A stretch of DNA of 64,000 nucleotides. It comes from Octopus vulgaris. Taxonomy: Eukaryota. The DNA is taken from the NCBI GenBank assembly GCA_951406725.2, contig OX597818.1, positions 145,576,001 to 145,640,000 on the forward strand. The letters are read 5' to 3'. The notes under the pieces are model-generated. The model ran no database searches. It saw only the letters and a list, made by a program, of their open reading frames with translations, and was not told the origin of the DNA. Below, in pieces: positions 55,958 to 64,000 of the stretch. Positions within the stretch are counted from its first letter, which is position 1; each line of letters opens with the position of its first letter. The translations under genes were made by a program, and so were the position numbers.

Positions 55958-56357
55958 TTTTACTTCTTTCAGTCCTTTGATTGGAGCCATAAAGAAGGTC
56001 CGCTTTGAAGGATCTCAGTCGAACAAATCGACCCCAGGATTAAAATACACCCTAGTACTTATTCTATCAGTCTCTTTTGAGAGCCGCTAGATTTGGGGAC
56101 GTAAAAACACCTACACCGGTTGTCAAGCAGTGATGGGTGGGGAGGGGAAGATAAACACAGACAGATGCAAGCACACACACACACACACAGATATGACGTG
56201 TTTCTTTCAGTTACCATCTACCAAATCCACTCACAAGGCTTTGATCGGCCCATGGTTATAGTAGAAGACACTCGCCCAAGGTGCCACGCAGTGAGACAGA
56301 ACCCGGGACCATGTGGTTGAGAAGCAAGCTTCTTACCACACAGCTACGCCTGCACCT
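55958..56357 (-). mobile_element. Full-length SINE family B (older copy)
   Basis: Colinear with 38805-39201. Confidence 0.85.
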
Positions 56358-56381
56358 CTCTGTGTATCTCTCTATCTCTCC

Positions 56382-56468
<87 letters not shown>

Positions 56469-56672
56469 ATACAGTGTACATTTAAACACATTAACAGGTT
56501 TCCATCATAGGAGTCCTTTACGCTAGGATTTCTATGATGGGAACCTCTTAATGTGTTTAAATGTACTCTGTATTTTATATGAATAATATATAGTCTATTG
56601 ACTAATTTTTTTATACGCTAGGACACTGGTAGTAAAAGTTTCTAAAATCTTTATTACCCTGATATTATTAAT

Positions 56673-56704
<32 letters not shown>

Positions 56705-56705
56705 T

Positions 56706-56743
<38 letters not shown>

Positions 56744-56815
56744 ATGTATATGTGTATATATATATATATATAATTAATAATATCAGGGTAATAAAGATTT
56801 TAGAAACATGTATAT

Positions 56816-56866
<51 letters not shown>

Positions 56867-57048
56867 GGTTGGCCAGATTGGAGCAATCTCAAAATTAATA
56901 AGCCGAAATTGCGAGGATGATCCGGTTCTTGACTGAAGATGAAAGGGTGCGTTTTTTTGTTTTTTTTGTATCGTCTATCTGGATGTTTTGTTGTCCCCTT
57001 TTGTATCACCTAGTTATCCGATGTTTTGTGCTCTTGTTCCATTTTGTA

Positions 57049-57111
<63 letters not shown>

Positions 57112-57362
57112 CGCCCGCGCACGCATATGTATAGATGTGCGTGTGGATAAGCATCCAAACGTACAGAATTATATACATATAGGTACATGCATATACATAC
57201 CTAAAATCATATATATAAATGTATCACGCACATGCACGCACACACGCGCAATCTCATACACAAAGCACATATCAATATATCTGTACCCCAGATTAACATA
57301 TGTGTATATACACTTATACAAACATACACACAGAGGCGCACACACACATATATATATATATG

Positions 57363-57441
<79 letters not shown>

Positions 57442-57721
57442 TTGAATATATATACACATATATGTATATACATGTATATATATGTATGTATATATATATA
57501 TATATATGTATATGTGTGTGTATGTATATGTGTATGTATGCACATATATATATATATATACATTTATACATACATATATGTGTTTATATATATATATGGG
57601 GGGGGGACGTATACGTCTGTATATATATATAAACATATATATATATATGTATGTATATGTATATATTTATATATGTGTATATATATATACATACATATGC
57701 ATATATATATATATATATATA

Positions 57722-57771
<50 letters not shown>

Positions 57772-57999
57772 CACGCATGCATATGCTTGATGCATATCAG
57801 TGAGTATATATGGAGAATAAGATATATAGAGTCTGGCGACTTATCGGTTTCTCTGTACTTGCAATCCGAAGAACTAGAGGCACGTATATTAAATGTGCCA
57901 CTGTGTCTGTCACATAGATTCTACATAAAGATAGAGTCGTCCAGCAAATGCGTGTGTATGCATGTGAAAGCTAGGTAGCTAGGTAGCTAGGTAGGTAGG

Positions 58000-58087
<88 letters not shown>

Positions 58088-58089
<2 letters not shown>

Positions 58090-58290
58090 TGTTTCTTTAT
58101 TAGCCACACAGGGCTGCACACAGACGGGACAAATTACAAGGTAGAGCTTTTCTTTTGGGGGATAAAAAAAAGGGGTTTGGTTTTCGATCAAAAGGGATCG
58201 TAAAAGGAAAGACAGAGGAAAGAAAAAAGAAAAAGGTGGTGGTGGTGGGGGGGGGGGGAATAAAAGGAAAAATAAAAAATCGTTCAATAG
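58088..58290 (-). mobile_element. 3' end of a retroelement inserted in (TATC)n
   Basis: Minus strand ends ...ccctgtgtggctAATAAAgaaacat directly into (ATCT)n. (GATA)n resumes on the other side. Confidence 0.5.
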
Positions 58291-58897
58291 AGATAGGTAG
58301 ATAGATAGATAGATAGATAGATAGAGAGATAGAAAGAGAAGAAAGAAAGGGAGCGAGATTTAGAGACTGAGAAAAAGTGTGTTTGTATGATGTTTATATG
58401 TGTGTGCGTGTGTGTATGTGTTTGTATGTGTGTATTTGTGTGTTTGTGTGTGTGTGCATGTTTGTGTGTGTGCTGAATAATTCCTCTTTTATATATATAT
58501 ATGTATATTTAAACCCCTGAAGCTACAAGATGCCTGACGGGACCAAGAGATTTTGCATGGCCCGAACGAATTTGATAACGTCCCGTGGACGACTCAATCG
58601 ACTCCTAAGTTACTTTGTAACTTCGGTCGAATACAATAATCTACACACACACACACACACACATACACACGCACACACACACACAAATACACATACACAC
58701 ACACGTTCATAACTTTTATATAATAAACATATGGATCCACCCTACTTAGCATTTTGAATTCTACATCAGATGATGCTTACTATATGTAAAATGGATTTGA
58801 ACATACTTTGAAATACTTTGGAACTTTTACCTGACCGTGTAAGTTTGTCTGTGTGTGTATACTTACCTACGTATCTCTCTCTCTATATATATATATA

Positions 58898-58952
<55 letters not shown>

Positions 58953-59683
58953 GTATAAAGATATATATATGCATGTATGTATGTATATTATGTAGCGAAC
59001 ACAATCACTTCACACACCTGTAATCCGTTATATTGTTGTTCCCAGTAGTTACACTCTGGTCTGGTCATGCTGGGGCATTCCTTTCACTTGTTCATATTTG
59101 ATGAATATCGCCCTCAGTACTTACTTCCGTTGGCTATATACTTTTGTCATTTGTATTTGTCGAACTTCTAATTTGTGAGCCATAATGATGGCTCACAATA
59201 AGGTACAACGCCGGTGTTTAGCCCAATGTAAAACATAAACACAGATCATAATACACACTTATATTTAGATTTTGTTTTTATGTTTACTGTTATGGTTGTT
59301 AAAAAACCTGTATTATTCGTGATGTGTCCCTTTTACATACGGCTAGCAAGCGGTTAGCTGAGCAGTATTCGATAAAAATATGTACCAGAGAAGCATCCGT
59401 GTAATCGGCCCAAACCATGAAAGGAAGTGTTTCAGTATAGCCATAATCCGATGTTTGAAATATAGAGGGAGTGTCTGTTTTTAAAAAAAAATTTTTTTTT
59501 GGGGGGGGGTTCTTTGCTAATCGCATGGGTAACCCACAGTAAATGGAAGATTTTATCCCCATTATATTGAGATCCTACCATATACGTGTTAAGTTTTCCC
59601 TGTTCTCCCCTTTCCTCAGTCTTCGTGCACGGCCCCAATTGCTTGGAAGACGATGCCCCACAATGGTTGCAGTCTAATGACTG

Positions 59684-59731
<48 letters not shown>

Positions 59732-61744
59732 AACCTGTGTGTGTGTGTGTGCGTATGCGTGTGTGTGTGTATGTGATGTGCGTACGTGTGTGTACTCGTG
59801 TGTGCATATGTTTATGTGTTTGTGCGTGTGTGTGTGTGTATTAGCAAGCTATGCTCATATTTATGATTGAGCCGTTCATTTTCATAAGGTATGAATATAC
59901 GGATGTATATGAGCATGTGTGTATGTAGCATCTGTGCATGCATGTATGTACGTATTTATGTATGTATGCAGGTAGGTAGGTAGGTAGGTAGGTAGGTAGG
60001 TAGGTATAAATATATTTACACACACGTACATTTCTATGTAGAGTAAGCTAGAGACATTAATAAAAGAGAGTGGATGATGAAGTTTGGGAGAGAAAGAAGG
60101 AAGAGCGGCAGTTTAGTAATAGTAGTATAAGAGAGTGAGGGAGGAATAAAAGAGAGAGAGAGAAATGGAAAAGGAGGAGAGAGTGCGCGCGCGAGAGAAA
60201 GAGAAAGTATGAGTGAATGAGTGAGTGAGGGGAGAGCTAGCCTCACGTGTCGTGCTACATAGCTATGTCAGTTGATTGAAGTTGATCGAACAAATTGTTG
60301 CTTTTGTTTTTACTGCTGCTGCTGCTGCTACTGCTGCTGCTGCTGCCTTTGGTTTTGTTATTGTTTGTTTGTTGTTGCGTTGCTGTAGTGGTAGTAGTTG
60401 TTGTTGTTGTTGGCTGATGCTTCCACGTAGAGGGGAATCCCGTCGAAGATGCCGTGCTTTCCACTCGACTATACACATCGGCGAAGGGTGGTGGGATATT
60501 GCACGGAGATTGCTTAACGAAAGGTAGGGTACTCTCACCTCACCATTTTCGTGTTGTTGCTCGTGTTGTTGTTGTTGTTTAACCCCCATGTCAATATTCA
60601 TCGAACAGACCCATAACCAGACACTTTCTCTGTCATTTTAGGGTCTCCCACACTTTATTTTATTTAATGTTTCCTTCGCGTTTTAAGATGGTAGGATGCA
60701 ATTGAGGACGGCTTCGTTGTTACTATTTCCAGCAATTTGAGCGATGACTTGCTGGCTCCTTCGTTGGTTCGTCTTCTTATTATGTATGAGATATAATACT
60801 TTTTCACTTCTTCATTTTTGATTTGTACAAATACCTTATTGTGGTCGACAAAGCTTAAGAATCCCCGTTAGCTGACGGCGGAGTGTGTGATGACGATGGT
60901 GTTGATGTTATTGTCCAAGCCCAGACCAAGCCTAATGGAGCAAACCTGCAACAGAAGGCATTCCAACCAAGACCATCCAGTCTTCTTATCGTGTGTTTTT
61001 AGCTACATCTTACATATCTGATGTAGTTCTTTCTTTTAGTTAGACGATATGGTGTCGTTGGAAGGAATTTTGGCTGCGATTTCTAGTTAATCAAACCACT
61101 TCTTAGAATCGCCTCAGTCGTTGGCTCGGGGCGTAGGGAGTATCTATGCGTCTATTGGTGTGTCATCTTCTCATTTATGCGTGTATTGCAATAATGTGTC
61201 AGTTGTGTATTTAATGTATACGTGTATTTGGGTGCGGCTGTGTATTGTCTACCTGTTGATTATATATTCAATATAGCTTCGTAGATTGCCGTGCAATTTA
61301 ACATGCACCAACATGCATGCAAACACATATGTGTGCATATATTTGCATGTGTGTGTGTGCGCACAAACACATCTATACGTATATCTTTTAAGGGCTTTGT
61401 CAGACGAAAAAAAGGACAGTATCTGTGGATATCAGGGACTTCTAGGTCGGCGAGAAGAAGAAAAAAAAAGGTCTATGCTTAAACCGGGGAAATGGTTTGA
61501 ATGGACCGACCAGATTTCAGTGCACCCAGGTTCTATGTGCTGGTGTTTAACTGGATGACATATTAAGGATACACACACACACACACAAACACACACATAC
61601 ACACACATGTATATATATGCATATGTGTATGTATAATATATATATGTATTTACATATAGTACATATATATAAGTATATATATATGTATATATATATAATA
61701 TGTTTTTTTTTTTTTATATTATATATAATATATATATATATATA

Positions 61745-61779
<35 letters not shown>

Positions 61780-61913
61780 GTATATATATATATATAATAT
61801 ATATATATATATATACATATGTATAATATAATATATATATGTACGTAATTATGCGTATAATACATGTATGTTAACACGAATATGATGTACACACATATGT
61901 ATATGTCAATACA

Positions 61914-61969
<56 letters not shown>

Positions 61970-62270
61970 ACCTATTTGTATGCATCTTTATGTGGCGGGT
62001 GGGTTATTCGTTACAGTGCTTTTTGTGCAAATCCTTCTCATGCTGCTTGGGTCGACTGGGTCGATCAAAAGCTGAGGGTTCGGCTACTGGGTAGATCAAC
62101 AGCGGAAGGTTCAGCGGAAGGCTAGCTGTGTGCTCACAGTTACGCGAGTACCAAACAAAAAGAAAAAGGAGGACAGGAAGAAAACCTCAGTGAAAGCCTT
62201 TGATGGACACCGATGATACCAAGAGATATTTGATTACGAGGCACGGCCATATTATACATACATATGTTTT

Positions 62271-62490
62271 CGGGGAGGCGCTGAAAAGTTCCGGACTTTG
62301 GGTTAAAAAATATACAAGGAGGATAACTTGATTATGATTTTATGCAACATATTCTCCTCTCAGATTCACGCATTTATTGCAGCGGTCCTTCACTTTTTTA
62401 AGTCCTGTAAAAAGAACTCAGAAGGTTAGACTTCCAGCCAGGCCTTTCGCGACACCCTTAAAACCAAGAACTTTTCAACACCCCCACGTA
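62271..62490. mobile_element. Mariner-type MITE
   Basis: cggggaggcgctgaaaagttccggacttt ... aaaaccaagaacttttcaacacccccacgta form imperfect TIRs ending in TA. Confidence 0.7.
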
Positions 62491-62543
62491 TGTGTGTGTG
62501 TGTGTGGGTGTGTGGGTGGGTGTGCATGTACACCTGTGTATGT

Positions 62544-62635
<92 letters not shown>

Positions 62636-63109
62636 TCTGATGAGAAAAGAGAGCGATCTTCCTTTTAACTCAATCGGCCCGACACGTACACAAACGCGCA
62701 CACACAAACGATAAATGCTTTATAATGCTTTCGCTTTACCTATTAGAAATAGCAGTCAAATACCCTTCCCCCCCGCGTCCCGAAATATAACTTTATCACC
62801 TAAGAAAACCGCTTATTAGATAAGGTTTTAAACAAAAATAGGGGCCTTGATGACAACAATACCTCTCGTCTATGTCTGCTCGAACAACATCTGCAACATA
62901 CATACGTGTTACATTTTATATATGCATGTACGTGTATATACATACATATAAGCACATACACACATACAAGGCTACACAAACGTATATGCAAAGCCCCATC
63001 GTAACTGCATGTGTATATATATATATATACACACACACATATACGCACCTATACATGCATACACGCACACATGTGTATGTGTGAGTGTGCGTACGCTTTT
63101 GTGTTTGTC

Positions 63110-63330
63110 CCATAGCAGCCCTTAACATTCGACGTTGGGGTAGTTGCTTGTCTATAACCTAGAGGTTCAGCAAAGAGATATCGATAAACTAAGTGTCAGA
63201 CTTGCTTTTCTTTTACAAATAAAAAAAAATAAGAAAAAGAAGCGAATTAGGTCGATTCGTTCATGTAAGCCCTTCAAGGCAATGCCCCAGCGTGGCCACA
63301 GTCAAATGAGTAAAACATATAAAAGGTAAA
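63110..63330 (+). mobile_element. 3' half of SINE family B
   Basis: Tail motif gccccagcgtggccacagtcaaatgagtaaaaca. Confidence 0.6.
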
Positions 63331-63488
63331 AGATAAAAACCACATATACACGCTCACACTCATGTATGTATGTCATTATTCAGTCTATTTCAAGATTTCT
63401 TGCCGCTATAGAAAGAACTGGTTTCTAACCTTCATTGGAATTTCAACATCAACAACAGGGTATGTATGTATGTATGTATGTATGTATG

Positions 63489-63519
<31 letters not shown>

Positions 63520-63606
63520 CTATGTATGTATTTATGTATGTATGTTATGTATGTATGTATGTATGTATGTATGTATGTATGTATGTATTTATGTATTTAT
63601 GTATGT

Positions 63607-63931
63607 GCAGTTTTGTATGTTTTTATGTATGTATTCCCATGCATATAGTTGCATATCTAGACATGCTCATATATATTTAAATGATAAACTTCTGGAAAGT
63701 TTTACAGATTTTTACAGTTCCAGTGATGGATTGGATCTGTAGTCTTCAAATTAAGTTTCTTTGTTCTGGTTTTGAGAAGCCTAATTTCTCAAGATTGCTA
63801 TTTAGGTAGTGTGTTACATTTCCCAGGGCCCCAATAATTACAGGTATAAACCTAAACTTGTAATCTGGATAGAGTAACAGTAGATTTCTTAATAGCTCAG
63901 CATAGGTGTTTTCTTTTTCACTGATCTCCAG
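63607..63931 (-). mobile_element. 3' fragment of R4/Dong-type element in (TACA)n
   Basis: Reverse complement matches 17437-17740 (ISEKENTYAELLRNL.LLYPDYKFRFIPVIIGALG... plus 3' UTR). (GTAT)n on both sides. Confidence 0.9.
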
Positions 63932-64000
63932 GTATGTATGTATGTATGTATGTATGTATGTATGTATGTATGTATGATTGTATGTATGTATGTATGTATG

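Overview
AT-rich, microsatellite-saturated eukaryotic DNA. The repeat content (tRNA-derived SINEs, RTE, Penelope, R4-type, mariner) suggests an octopus or other cephalopod genome; this is an inference. No host protein-coding gene is securely recognisable, and almost all long ORFs in the track are translations of simple repeats. Real coding remnants: a young 5'-truncated RTE-type LINE with a 14-bp TSD (24880-27281); a 5'-truncated Penelope-like element with RT, GIY-YIG and an inverted terminal repeat (45332-50260); three R4/Dong-type REL-endonuclease 3' fragments in or beside (TACA)n; decayed Penelope, Hero-like, RTE and CR1-like fragments; and two copies of a mariner derivative with two 5' ends. 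The most striking unannotated signal is a set of type I hammerhead-ribozyme motifs in at least seven unrelated sequence contexts. Each typically lies a short distance upstream of an element 3' end that abuts a (TA)n array. They include long-stem-II forms, a candidate U3-A8 core covariant, and a ~430-bp retrozyme-like unit. Different retroelement families appear to occupy different microsatellites: (TA)n, (TACA)n, (TAA)n and (TATC)n. One isolated candidate exon (27784-27904) has cysteine spacing like an insulin B-chain.
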